Assembly: GCA_963821525.1 (NCBI GenBank)
Contig: CAWGED010000005.1
Location: forward strand, 768,001-832,000
Length of the DNA: 64,000 nucleotides
Origin: an uncultured Gemmatimonadales bacterium
GTDB taxonomy: Bacteria > Gemmatimonadota > Gemmatimonadetes > Gemmatimonadales > GWC2-71-9
Direction of reading: 5' to 3'
Shown: piece by piece, positions 8,645-18,703 of the stretch
How positions within the stretch are numbered: position 1 is the first letter of the stretch
Layout: each line of letters begins with the position of its first letter
Notes under the pieces: generated by a model
Database searches by the model: none
Seen by the model: the letters and a program-made list of their open reading frames with translations, nothing else
Told to the model about the DNA's origin: nothing
Translations under genes and position numbers: made by a program

Positions 8645-9679
8645 TTAGGGCTTCACCATGACCTTGATCGCTGCCCGCTCATTCATCGCCCGGTAGCCGT
8701 CGGGAACCTGGTCGAGGCCGATGACCCGGTCGAAGACCCGCCCGGGCGCGATTTTGCCCTCGAGGATGTCGGGGAGAAGTTCGTCGATATACGCGCGGAC
8801 TGGGGCAGGGCCGCCACTGATGGTGACGTTACTGAAGAATGCCGTCTCCCAGGCCGCGGTCGTCTCGTAGTGGGGAACGCCGACCCGGCCGACCGCACCA
8901 CCCGGGCGGACGATGCCGATCGCAGTACCCAGGGCCTGGTCGGTGCCGACGCATTCGAGAACGGAGTGGGCGCCGAGGTCGCCCGTCAGATCCCGCACGA
9001 GCTCCACTGCCTCGTCACCGCGCTCGCTCACGACGTCGGTCGCGCCGAACTCTTTCGCCAGCGCGATACGGTCAGGACGGCGGCCCAGGATAATGATTCT
9101 CTCGGCGCCGAGGCGCCGGGCGGCGATGACGCCGCACAAGCCCACGGCCCCGTCGCCGATGATGGCCACCGTCGAGCCGCGGGTAACCTTGGCGGAAACG
9201 GCCGCATGATGGCCGGTCCCCATCACATCCGACAGCGTAAGCAGGGAAGGTATCAACGCGTTATCCGCGGCGACCGGCAGAACGACAAGCGTTCCGTCCG
9301 CCTGGGGAACCCGCAGCGCTTCGGCCTGGGCTCCCCCGACCTCAGGGGTGCCGAAGAACCCTCCGTGGATGCACGAGGTATTCAGTCCCTCGTGGCAGAA
9401 GACGCAGGTTCCGTCCGAGTAGGCGAATGGCATCACCACCAGGTCACCCTTCTTCAGCGTGCGTACGTCGGCTCCGACGGCTTGCACGATGCCGATCGCC
9501 TCATGACCCATGGGTCTCGCGCCTTCGCCCGGCTCCATCAGGTTATAGGGCCACAGATCGCTGCCGCAGATGCAGGCGCTGCTGATGGTGATGAGGGCAT
9601 CGGTGGGTTCGACGATGCGGGGATCCGGTACGGTCTCGACACGCACGTCCCCGGCGCGGTACATGATGGTTGCTCGCAT
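8645..9679 (-). CDS. Zinc-dependent alcohol dehydrogenase (MDR family)
   Basis: CICGSDL, MGHEAIG, DGTCVFC..C and GDGAVG motifs. Confidence 0.93.
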   Translation of the reverse strand: MRATIMYRAGDVRVETVPDPRIVEPTDALITISSACICGSDLWPYNLMEPGEGARPMGHEAIGIVQAVGADVRTLKKGDLVVMPFAYSDGTCVFCHEGLNTSCIHGGFFGTPEVGGAQAEALRVPQADGTLVVLPVAADNALIPSLLTLSDVMGTGHHAAVSAKVTRGSTVAIIGDGAVGLCGVIAARRLGAERIIILGRRPDRIALAKEFGATDVVSERGDEAVELVRDLTGDLGAHSVLECVGTDQALGTAIGIVRPGGAVGRVGVPHYETTAAWETAFFSNVTISGGPAPVRAYIDELLPDILEGKIAPGRVFDRVIGLDQVPDGYRAMNERAAIKVMVKP

Positions 9680-9685
9680 CGCGAT

Positions 9686-9971
9686 CTACGCTCTCCAACT
9701 CCTCGGCGCGCATCGTGAATCCCTCGCGCAGCTTGATATAGTCCATCAATCGCCGCAACACTTCGGTCCGCTCCACAGTCGTTAGCGGTTCCCGCCGACC
9801 ATCGCTGTATTCCCAGGTGGCGTGGATGTGTGACAGGTGGCCGTTGGGGCCACCCCAGTAGGAGGCGAATAGCCATACCCGGCGATCGCCCTCGATGTAA
9901 TAGGCCGATTCACCGCGCCAGTCGAGCTCCACCGTGAAATCGTATTGAGGGGTTTCGGGCTTCCGGCTCAT
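9686..9971 (-). CDS. Small hypothetical protein, possibly immunity-protein-like (Imm74-like)
   Basis: ATGA overlap at 9968-9971; W..S....PLTTVERTEVLRRL pattern. The nearby stop at 9686 is one base out of frame. Confidence 0.45.
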
Positions 9972-10577
9972 TTCCACCCGCCCTTCCGTCCGCCCAGCAG
10001 CATTGCCGCCATCATGAGCCCATAACCCGCCGCCAGAATCGGAATCGGGGCGCCGCCGATCAGCAGGGCGTTCTCCCGGGCCGACTCGGTTCCCCTCTGC
10101 CACAGCGCACCGCTCACACCGATCATTCCCAACACCGCCAGGAGCGGCATCAGCAACGCACCTCGGGTCCTTCCGGTCCGAGTGGCCATCAGGCCGATCA
10201 GATACATCAGCGCCGCGCCATCGATGGTCCACGCCACAATCATCCAGCGGGTCAGGGGCGCGGCTGCGAAAGGTCGTGAGCGCCATGACTGCGGCTCCCA
10301 GGATCACCCAGATCAGCCAGGAGACCACGATGATCCCCGGCAGCTGACCTCGACCTACCTTATAACCCCAGCGCAACACCGCAGCCCCCAGCTGGCCGCT
10401 GGCGGTGGCGACGCCGACCGGCTGGCGAGCGAGCAGTAGCGCCGCAAGACCACACAATACAGCGACCACTCCGCTCCACACCGCCAGCCCCAGGGGCAGG
10501 CCCCAGCGCAGTGAGCACCAAACCGCGAATGCGGCCATCAGGGCCGTTACCGCGAAGCGACGAATCGTCGCGAACAT
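9968..10577 (-). CDS. Hypothetical integral membrane protein (frameshift near 10250)
   Basis: About six hydrophobic segments across two joined frames. Confidence 0.6.
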
Positions 10578-10596
10578 CACGGGTGGGGGTGACTCA

Positions 10597-12441
10597 TCAT
10601 TGGGCGAACAGGCTGTCATACCGGCCAGTGGCGAGCGCCGCGTCAACCCGATGTCCGAGCGTGGCCACCAGTGTCGTGTCCGCGGGACTGCCCCGTTCGG
10701 TATCGATCATGACATAACCGAAGTCGGAGCTGAAGTCGACGTTGACCTTATTGCCTTCGATGATCACCGGGACCTTGTAGGCTCCGGAATCGGCTGGCTG
10801 CCGTTCGCCTTTGAATTCCTCGACCAGGAGGTCCACCAGGGCGTTGCGCAGTGCTTCGGAACCTTTCTCCAACCGGTAAGTCCGGTAGCCGTCGCTCTCG
10901 ACCGACAGCTCGCCCTTATAGGGTAGCGGCACGAAATGCCGGCGTTCGGCCAGGTGGTCTACCCCGTCAGCTCCCCGCGTCCACTCGAAATGGTGATCCA
11001 GCCAGGCGGGGTCGAGCGACTCCAGCTTGGCATAGCGCATTCGGGCCGGATCGATCGGCAAGGTGTAAGACCGATTCGCTACCGCATCGGTGACCAGCAG
11101 CATCGGCCTCGGCGGCTGCGAATCGCTCAACTGGACGTAGGTGACAAAGCTTCGCCCGTCGGGGGAGAGGCCCAGCGGCGGCACTGCGGGGATGTCATAG
11201 ACGGTGCTGTCCGCAATGACGTGTCGCACCGTCAGCTGACGAGTATCGACAACCCGTATCCGATCCGATAGAGTCCGGGGTTGGCGTAGCTGATCCGATC
11301 GATCCGGCCGTACACCGCTTTCCATGTGGCGGCGGCGCGGAACAGCGCGGTATCAGACGTCAGGACCTGGCCTTTCATCCTTCTGCTGGCCGACGACACG
11401 AAGTCGATGCGGACCTTGTCTCCCTCCTCGGCCACCAGGTAGCAGTAGCCCGTGCCGTCGGGCGGATCCACATGGATCAGGAAGGCCGGCCGAGGACCGG
11501 CCAGCAGGGCAACGTCGTCGATCCGATCGAAGTGTTCGGTCGCGTCTGCCTGTCGCGCTGGTCTTTCCCTCGATGACCAGCGGCTGCCCCCGATAGCGGA
11601 GGGCGAAACTGGCGCTGGCCGCGTTGACCGTCCGCCCCTCTTGCTGTTCCTGGCGGAACCAGCTCGCGGTCGTGACGACCTCGAATGGTCCCAGGCTCTC
11701 GGTGCGGGTCGGACTGCTCACCTTCTGCACCCGGTATCGAAAACTCACCAGGTCGGGCGGAACCTTGACCCCGGGGCGGAAGTTGGGCTCCCAGCCACTC
11801 CACTCCAGATTCTTCTTGCGCGGAAAGGCGGGGAGCAGCACCTGGAACCCCGGAGTGTCCTTCCCGCCGGTGTTCACCGTCAGCATGCGAGTGCCGCGGC
11901 TGGTGAAGACGCTGACGGCGCCGGGCACCACCCAGCGGCCCTCCACCTGGTGGGCATCCTCCATCCAGAGCGGCCCGTACTCCGAGGCTCTCACGGTATG
12001 GGAGAAGTAGGGAATCGAGTGGAGGCCAATGGAGGCCTCGTCCTTTCCTTCGGCCTTCGGCGCCTCCTTCTGTCCCTCCGGCCAGCGCACCTCGACCGCG
12101 AGCAGCAATGGCTCGCCGTCGATTTCCGGTGGCACATCGGCCAGCGCCCTGGTAAGGCCAAGACTCAACGCGCCAATCCCGATCACCAGGCCCAGGGAGA
12201 TGCCGAGCGCCCTGAGGAATCCGGGGTGCGCCCCGCCAGCTACCATGCGTGCGGTGATGAGACCGATGAGCACCCCAGCTCCGAAGCTGAGGATGGCGAT
12301 TGCTGCGACGAAATACCCCGACTCCCCCTCTCGGCCGGAGATGTGATACCAGTCCACCGCCATCGCCGCGATGACGCCGCCGACGAAGAGGGCGAGCAGG
12401 CCAGTCAGCAGCGCGCTGAAAATGGAGGCGGGCCAGGACAT
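10597..12441 (-). CDS. Hypothetical membrane-anchored protein (two frameshifts)
   Basis: Three N-terminal TM segments then a large soluble domain, over ORFs 11353-12441, 11232-11471 and 10597-11325. Confidence 0.65.
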
Positions 12442-12601
12442 AGGAGACCGGGGCGGAGGAAGGGGAAATGCCGCCCTATTTTACCTCGGCGGGATAATCT
12501 GAGGGAGGGCGACAGAGACCTGACTACAACCTTGATCCGCACCCAGAAGGGTTAAAATTGAGTGACGAACGTGCGTCACACTTAGATCTGTGGAGGAACC
12601 A

Positions 12602-12913
12602 ATGTATCTCGTCCGCGAAATCTTCAATTGCAAGCCGGGCAAGGTGCGCCCGATGGTGGATAAGTTCATCGCGATGGGAAAGCTGGGCGAAAAGGTTGGC
12701 ATGCCCCGCATGCGGGTCATGACCGATCTCTGTGCTGAGCACTACTGGACGGTCGTTGCGGAGATGGAGGTGCCGAGTCTCCAGGCCTTCGAGGACATGA
12801 TGAAAAATGCTCCGGGTTCCCCGGAGGTCATGAAGGAGATCGAGGAGCTCATGAAGGGCTATCACGATCTTGTTGATCACGGGAGGCGGGAGATCTACAA
12901 GATCGAGGGCTGA
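12602..12913 (+). CDS. Small dimeric alpha/beta-barrel (NIPSNAP-like) protein
   Basis: RBS ggagg; MYLVREIFNCKPGK..GRREIYKIE pattern. Confidence 0.75.
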   Translation: MYLVREIFNCKPGKVRPMVDKFIAMGKLGEKVGMPRMRVMTDLCAEHYWTVVAEMEVPSLQAFEDMMKNAPGSPEVMKEIEELMKGYHDLVDHGRREIYKIEG

Positions 12914-12919
12914 CCGATA

Positions 12920-12965
12920 GAAAGGAAAGTAGAAACCGCCTGTCCGGTTGTCGGGACAGGCGGTT
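12920..12965. terminator. Intrinsic terminator between convergent genes
   Basis: 12-bp stem aaccgcctgtcc/ggacaggcggtt with an A-rich left flank (U-tract on the minus strand). Confidence 0.75.
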
Positions 12966-13030
12966 CAGGAGAGGGAACAGGGCGGGGGTCTGCCAAGGTT
13001 CTCGGCGCGCCTCACCTCACCCCCCCCGCC

Positions 13031-13789
13031 TCAGCAGAAGGTCGTCTGCTGGCAGTCCACCAACACCGCCGCGCCGCGAAGCCGGGGCGGGCCGAACGCC
13101 ATCGTGTTCGAGCCGGTCGCCGTGTTGCCGGGGAAGGATATCGGGGCGGACGCGGTGATGTTGAAGCCTGGCCCATGCAGCGACGCGGGGGTGCACTCGA
13201 TGATGCCGAGGCCCGCCGGCACGCTGTTCAGGCAACTGCCCCCGATGATGGTGTCGGCCTGGCCGATGCCCGTGAGCGCCGTCGCGGCCCAGCCGGCGTT
13301 GGGGCCATTCCAAATCGCGCCGAAGGAGGACCCGACGAATCCGGGTGTCGCCGAGACCAAGCCGAGGCCGTAGGCGATATCGCTCCCGGAGATGACCACG
13401 GCCCCCTCGAACGCCCCCTCGTTCGGGAGGACCTGCACCATTCCCAGCTCGACCCCGAAGGCCCAGCCGCTGCCCGCCAGGTTTGCCCCCGGCATCCGCG
13501 CCACGGCAGACTCGCCCCGGATGAAGTTGACCCCACTCACCGCGGTGACCGTTAGACCGCCCTCGATCATCCCGGCTGCGCTCCTGAGGATGAGGGTGCC
13601 CAATCCGTCTTCGGCGGCCTCCGCGTTCACCGCCGCGGCGTTGAGCGCCGTGGTCATCGCATTTCGCTCCGCCTGAGTCGGCTGAGCGCCAGCGCCAGGG
13701 CCATTGCCGCCGTCCCCGCTACTGCCACAGGCGGGGAGCAGGAGGCCAGCCACCACCATGCTGAAGAAGCTGCTGCGGAACCTGGACAT
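13031..13789 (-). CDS. Hypothetical lipoprotein
   Basis: RBS ggagg; MSRFRSSFFSMVVAGLLLPAC lipobox followed by a G/S-rich linker. Confidence 0.75.
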   Translation of the reverse strand: MSRFRSSFFSMVVAGLLLPACGSSGDGGNGPGAGAQPTQAERNAMTTALNAAAVNAEAAEDGLGTLILRSAAGMIEGGLTVTAVSGVNFIRGESAVARMPGANLAGSGWAFGVELGMVQVLPNEGAFEGAVVISGSDIAYGLGLVSATPGFVGSSFGAIWNGPNAGWAATALTGIGQADTIIGGSCLNSVPAGLGIIECTPASLHGPGFNITASAPISFPGNTATGSNTMAFGPPRLRGAAVLVDCQQTTFC

Positions 13790-13834
13790 GAATTGCCTCC
13801 GGGATGAGGTGACGTGTGAGCCTAGAGCATCCTT

Positions 13835-14090
13835 CCCTGGGACACTGCCCCCGCCGCCGGTGACGGTCCAGTCGATGGTCTGATTCTGGATGTCAATCGC
13901 TTCGGTGAGTTCAACCTGGACCTGCACCATGCCGCCAGTGAGGCCCGCCTGCCTGTCCTTGCCTTGCACCACCGTAAGGGCCGCTCCGCCGACCCCAGAT
14001 ACCGCCATCCCTCGCTGTTGGTGCAGTCCACCACGCCACTGATGACGACGAGGGTCGTGATCGGTGTACTAGAGACGGGCGGAGTGCCCA
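13835..14090 (-). pseudogene. Relic of an Ig-like (Big_1-type) domain
   Basis: ALTVVQG..Q.GL.G..VQVQV....IQNQTIDWTVTGGGGSV resembles invasin-type Ig repeats; no intact gene. Confidence 0.35.
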
Positions 14091-14146
14091 AACATTCTCA
14101 CCCGGCCGGTCTCCCACTGCTTTGCCCCCCTCCGCGGGCTGGCGTG

Positions 14147-15663
14147 CTACTGCGCCTTCACCGTCGCCTTGGCTGCCTCCCGGCGCTGCGTTCTCCTCTT
14201 CGACGAGCCGGTAGGCGATGTAGTACTTGAAGATGTTGGAGACGTAGGTCACGGTCTCGCGCCCAATGCGCTCGGACGCGATCTGCTCCACGTTGCCGAA
14301 CCAGACGTTCGGGTTCAGTCCGCGCTTCTCGGCCTCCCTCCGCAACTGGCTGACCCGGCCCGGCCCCGCGTTGTACGACGCGAAGGTGAACAGCGCCTTG
14401 TTCAGGTCGTCCATCGGCTCGTTCTCGAAGTACGTGTCCCGCACGGTGCGCATGTATTTGACGCCGGCATGGATGTTCGGCTCGAGTTACGTGATGTCGC
14501 CGACTTTCAGTGACGCGCCGGTCTCCGGCATGATCTGCATGATGCCGATGGCTCCGACCGGGCTCCTGGCGTTCTGATTGAGCCGGGACTCCTGGTATGC
14601 CTGAGCGGCCATCAGCAGGTAATCCACGTTGTACTTGTCGCTGTACTTCCGAAACAGCTCCACGACCGCGAGGAACGTCTTGCGCCCTTTCGCAGACGTG
14701 GCGCTCTGCGCGTAGGTCGCGTCGACGAGGTATTTGCGCTGGACCTGGTTGCCAAAGGCCGATCCCAGCCCGTACTTCCCCATGAACGTGTTCAGAGCGG
14801 CGAGCAGCTGCGGGTTGTTCTTGCGGACCGCGATGCCGAGGCTACCGCCGGTCTGCAGCGCAACATTCTCGTGGACGAGGAGGTTGGGAAAGACCTTGCT
14901 CCAGAAGACTGCGAGGTAGTCGTCGACCACGATGGTCGGGATCAGGCCCGCGTTCACCATCTCGAGCAGGTCGTCGTCCTCCAGGTTCGCCGGGGCCTCC
15001 TCAATCAGCACCGGAGGTTTGCCCTCGGCTTTGAACCTCTCGTTGAGCGCCAGCAGGTTCTGGTAATAACCGCCTAGTTTGCGGGCGAAGACTTCCCTGC
15101 CTGCCAGGTCCTCGAGGGAGCCGATCGTCGGCGTCGCCGGGGGCGGTGACCAGGATCTGGTTGACGTTCATCCGGGTGGGGTCGCTGAAGGCGACGTACT
15201 GCTGCAGCTCAGGCGTGACCGGGACCTGCGCCGCAACCATGTCCACCTTGCCGTCGACGAGCGCCGGCAGCAGCATTTCGCGCGGCAGCGGGAAGAAGAT
15301 CACGGAGATCTTGTTGCCGGTGCCGGTCTTGAAGTGTGTGTTGAGCCGTTCCTCCATGAGCTGGCCGTACTCGTACGCGATGCCGCGTTGCTTGCCCCGG
15401 TCGATGAAATAGAACGTGCGATTGAACGTCACGCCGACCCGGACGGCCCGTCGCTTGACCAGCTCGTCGAGGTCGCCGGTAAACGGCGTCAGCACGGCCT
15501 CGCGCACCGAAAGCGGCAGCTGGGTTTCGAGCTCGGAGGGCGGCAGTGGAATCGGGACGTCCTCGATTGGCGGTTTCTGCGCCTGCTTGTCGCCACCGCA
15601 CGCGGTGAGTGCCACCAGGCCAACGAGCAGAACAGCGGTGAGATCGATCTTTACCTTCATCAT
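14147..15663 (-). CDS. mltF: MltF-family lytic transglycosylase (SBP + SLT domains), three frameshifts
   Basis: Lipobox LTAC; PFTGDLDEL SBP_bac_3 region; SLT motifs YQESRL, GAIGIMQI and ASYNAGPG. Confidence 0.8.
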
Positions 15664-15699
15664 CCTCTCCTGCTCCATATCCTGGGCTACTTCGCCCGT

Positions 15700-15980
15700 C
15701 CCCGAAGATCGCGCGCATCATTCAGCAGGCCTGGGTGACAGTCGTCGTTCCCAAGCCTTGGTGACCCAGCAGGCCCTTCCCGTTCTGATATGTACCCGGC
15801 TCCCCAATAGGCGGGTGGAGCAGGAATGCCGCAAGGTGTGGCCGCTTGCCCTTTGGGGAATCCCGATCCGCATACCACTTGTGCCATCGCTTGTTGCGCC
15901 GCCGACAGATGGAGCTGATGGCGCCGCCGCTGGCCGTGTCGCGAGGGACTGCCAGGGCTCGAATCACGATCCATTGTTCG
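15700..15980 (-). pseudogene. intI: Decayed C-terminal fragment of an integron integrase
   Basis: Across three frames: QWI (15968-15976), GQRRRHQLHLSAAQQAM (15909-15929 core), SGHTLRHS (15823-15840) and LLGHQGLGTT (15761-15772). These are collinear with IntI WQWVF..RRRHHLHES.VQ..HTLRHS..LLGH.DV.TT.IY. Confidence 0.75.
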
Positions 15981-16032
15981 GGAAACGGGGGAACCTGCCC
16001 CACGAACCTGCCCACTGAATTGCTAAGTCCAA

Positions 16033-16103
16033 TTGGCCCCGGTGGATTCGAACCACCATTCTCGGATCCAAAGTCCGATGTCCTGCCGTTGGACGAGGGG
16101 CCA
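16033..16103 (-). tRNA. tRNA-Gln (TTG)
   Basis: Cloverleaf tggcccc...ggggcca, anticodon arm tcgga-ctTTGga-tccga, T-loop ggttcgaatcc; CCA not encoded. Confidence 0.97.
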
Positions 16104-16248
16104 GTGCGGCTGCGGGAAAAGTAGTGGGTGAGTGGAAAGTTGGGAGTGGGAAGGAAGCGACTCCCCTCGCCTTCTTGGGGCAGGCTACTCGCGTCCTCGG
16201 AACGACGACGGCGGCTCACTCCTAACCTCGACGACCGATGGCCGCCGT

Positions 16249-16284
16249 GCCCCTTATCAGTAGAGAAGGGGAGAGGGGTTAGGT
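16249..16284. repeat. Partial copy (right end) of the 26556-26722 inverted-repeat element
   Basis: aaggggagaggggttaggt versus aaggggtcagggggttaggt at 26703-26722. Confidence 0.5.
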
Positions 16285-16419
16285 AAACGAGCCGCTGGAG
16301 GACAACGACAGGGGATTAGTTTGTCGGCTTCCGCCCCTCCTTTCCGATTACTAGACACACAGATCCTACGGCACGCCAACCAAACCAGATGCATCTGCAT
16401 CGGTGTCAAGGAGTTAGTT

Positions 16420-18502
16420 ATGGACCAGTCGCTGGTAAATTCGGGCTTCGATATCGAGCTGCTGATCGGCGGGCGGTACATCGCCTACATGCTGCTCTCC
16501 TTCTCGGAAACAGGCTCCATGCCACTCAAGGTGCCGACGGACATAGGGCTGGTTGATGTCTTTCAGCCGGATGACGTCGACCGGCTGTACGAGCCTCATC
16601 CGGATGCGATTCCTCTCACCGCCTCCGCCGATTCCTTCAAGACTGAATTGATTTTTGGTCACCCGTCCGGGGCGAACGTCAGGGTCGACGTGGAAGTCTT
16701 CACCCGCAACGAGTTCATCTCGGCTTTCGCCAGCTTCGCGCTGATCCATGACACCGATTCACAAGGGAACCAGACCAATCATCGGCTCCGAATTGAAGTC
16801 CTAGCGATCGAGCTGACCCCGGGGCTCCTGGGCCTGCTCATCGCCTCCGGGTCGACCCTGGACAAGATGCTGGAACAGGTGAAGGACCAGGTGGATCGCG
16901 ACGTCCCGCTGCCCTTCATCGGCGCCGGCAGCGACGTGGCCTCGGTCGCGTTTCGCCAACTTCCGTCGCTCGATGGCGGTCCGGTCGCGATCGGCGTCTA
17001 CCTGAACCTCGGCTTCGCAACGGTGGCAACCTCACCGACTTCCTGCCTGATCGGGGAGACATCTTCGCCGGGAATGAACTTTCTCGAGGAAGGGCAGGAC
17101 GTCGCCTTCGCGGTGCGCGACGGGTTCTTCAAGGATCTATCGGCTCACCAGAAGTTCCTCTTCGCCGAGCCGAAGAACGATGGGAGTGGGGAGTTCCAGT
17201 TCCCGCTCCGCCGCGAGATGTTCGACCCGACGAGCGAGCAGATCGGCCAGCTGTTCAGCGTCACGATCGGCCCGGGCATCAACCCCCAGAATGGGCAGCT
17301 CACCGGCGAAATCAGCGTGAAGATCCGGGGCGAGTACTTCGTGGACAACTTCTTCGATCCGGATTTCACCTTCACCCTGACGCTGGTCCCCAACTTCGAT
17401 GACGGGGTCATCACCTGGTCGCACAAGACCGACCTGAGCTCCGACCTGGCGGCGATCCTGTCGTTCCTCGTGGCTGGGTTCGTCGGTCTGATCGGCTATG
17501 CCATCGCCTCGGACGTCGTCGCCGATGCACTGGTGGACGAGGACCAGCAGCAGCAGATGTCCCGGTTCCTCGAGTCGCTGCCGGTCCGGGTACTGACCGA
17601 GCTGGTCCGCTGGGACCCGTTTTACGTCACCAAACACCAGATCATGGCGCGGGTGGACGAATGGATCGTGAACGGTAAAGGCATCGCTTTCAGCGGACGC
17701 GCGGCACTGGGCAAGGCGACCGAACCGGTTGACCACGTGGTTCTCCGTACCGAAGTCCGCAACAGCCTCTTCGAGATTGAACGCTACGAGTACCGGGTGC
17801 GGGATCAGGTCAGAAATGTCATTCCGCGTGATCCATCCCAGGCTTTCTCCGCCACCGACCGGCTCAGCTGGGTCCAGAACGCGACCGACCCGGTTCTCTT
17901 TGGGCTGACCGACGACGAGATCGTGGCGCGTTTGGACGCGAAGAAGATCATCGGACGGCAGGACCTCCTGCCCAAGAAGGTCCACCTCGATGATCACAAG
18001 ATCTTCCGGATGCTCTGCATCACGCCCGCTCGAGGTGAAGGAGCAGATCCGGATCGTCGAAAACAAGTTCAAGAGTGAGACCCGGACCCAGATCTCCAAC
18101 GATCAGGGGGCTGCGCTGCGTGAGGAGGCCCGGGCCGAACTCGAGGCCGAGCTGGGCATGCCTCCCACCCAGCAGCAGATCAACGAGCGGTTCCAGCAGA
18201 AGCTCGACGCTCTGGTGAAGGAAGCCTTCGATGCGTACAAGGAGAGCGCTCAGTACGAGCAGGATGTTGAAGCGGCCGTGGACAGCATACTCCGCCTCGA
18301 CATGGCTCCAAACGAGTACGGGCTATTGCAGCGGCGGGGAATTCTCCAGGTCGTGGGCTTCGACCTGATCGAGCGGCACAATCGCAAGTTCCGCCCCGGG
18401 ACGACGATCCTCTATTACCGGGACCGTCCCGATTTCGATCCGAGAGATAACCTGCTGAACATGCTGAAGTACGCGGTGGATCACGCGGCGGCGCCGAACT
18501 AG
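16420..18502 (+). CDS. Large hypothetical protein (~690 aa after frameshift repair)
   Basis: RBS aggag before ATG 16420; strong coding bias; frameshift near 18030 joins ORF 17990-18502; one central hydrophobic segment. Confidence 0.7.
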
Positions 18503-18703
18503 GCGGTAAGGCGGTGTGGCGGTAGGCGGTATGGCGGTAGGGTGAGGCCTTGGAAACGACTGTATGATTCCGAGCGCAGCGAGGAATCCAGTGCGTCCGA
18601 TCTCGGCCGGGCGGCATCGGGATTCCGTCGCTTCGCTCGGAATGACAGCGCCCGCTCGTGTCTTCCATTTCCCCACACGCCTACCGCCCTACTCCCTACT
18701 CCC
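18503..18703. repeat. Composite element: (GGCGGTA)-type array, REP-like palindrome, inverted array
   Basis: Arms attccgagcgcagcgaggaatcc (18567-18589) and ggattccgtcgcttcgctcggaat (18620-18643), flanked by ggcggta repeats and ctaccgcc/ctactcc repeats. Confidence 0.85.

Noticed and set aside
9543..10646. 367-aa ORF
   Set aside because: Chimera of a frameshifted membrane gene, a small gene starting at 9971 and overlap with the ADH gene.
12562..12579. Palindrome gtgacg-N6-cgtcac upstream of the NIPSNAP-like gene
   Set aside because: Short, a single instance, and no regulator can be assigned; may be chance.
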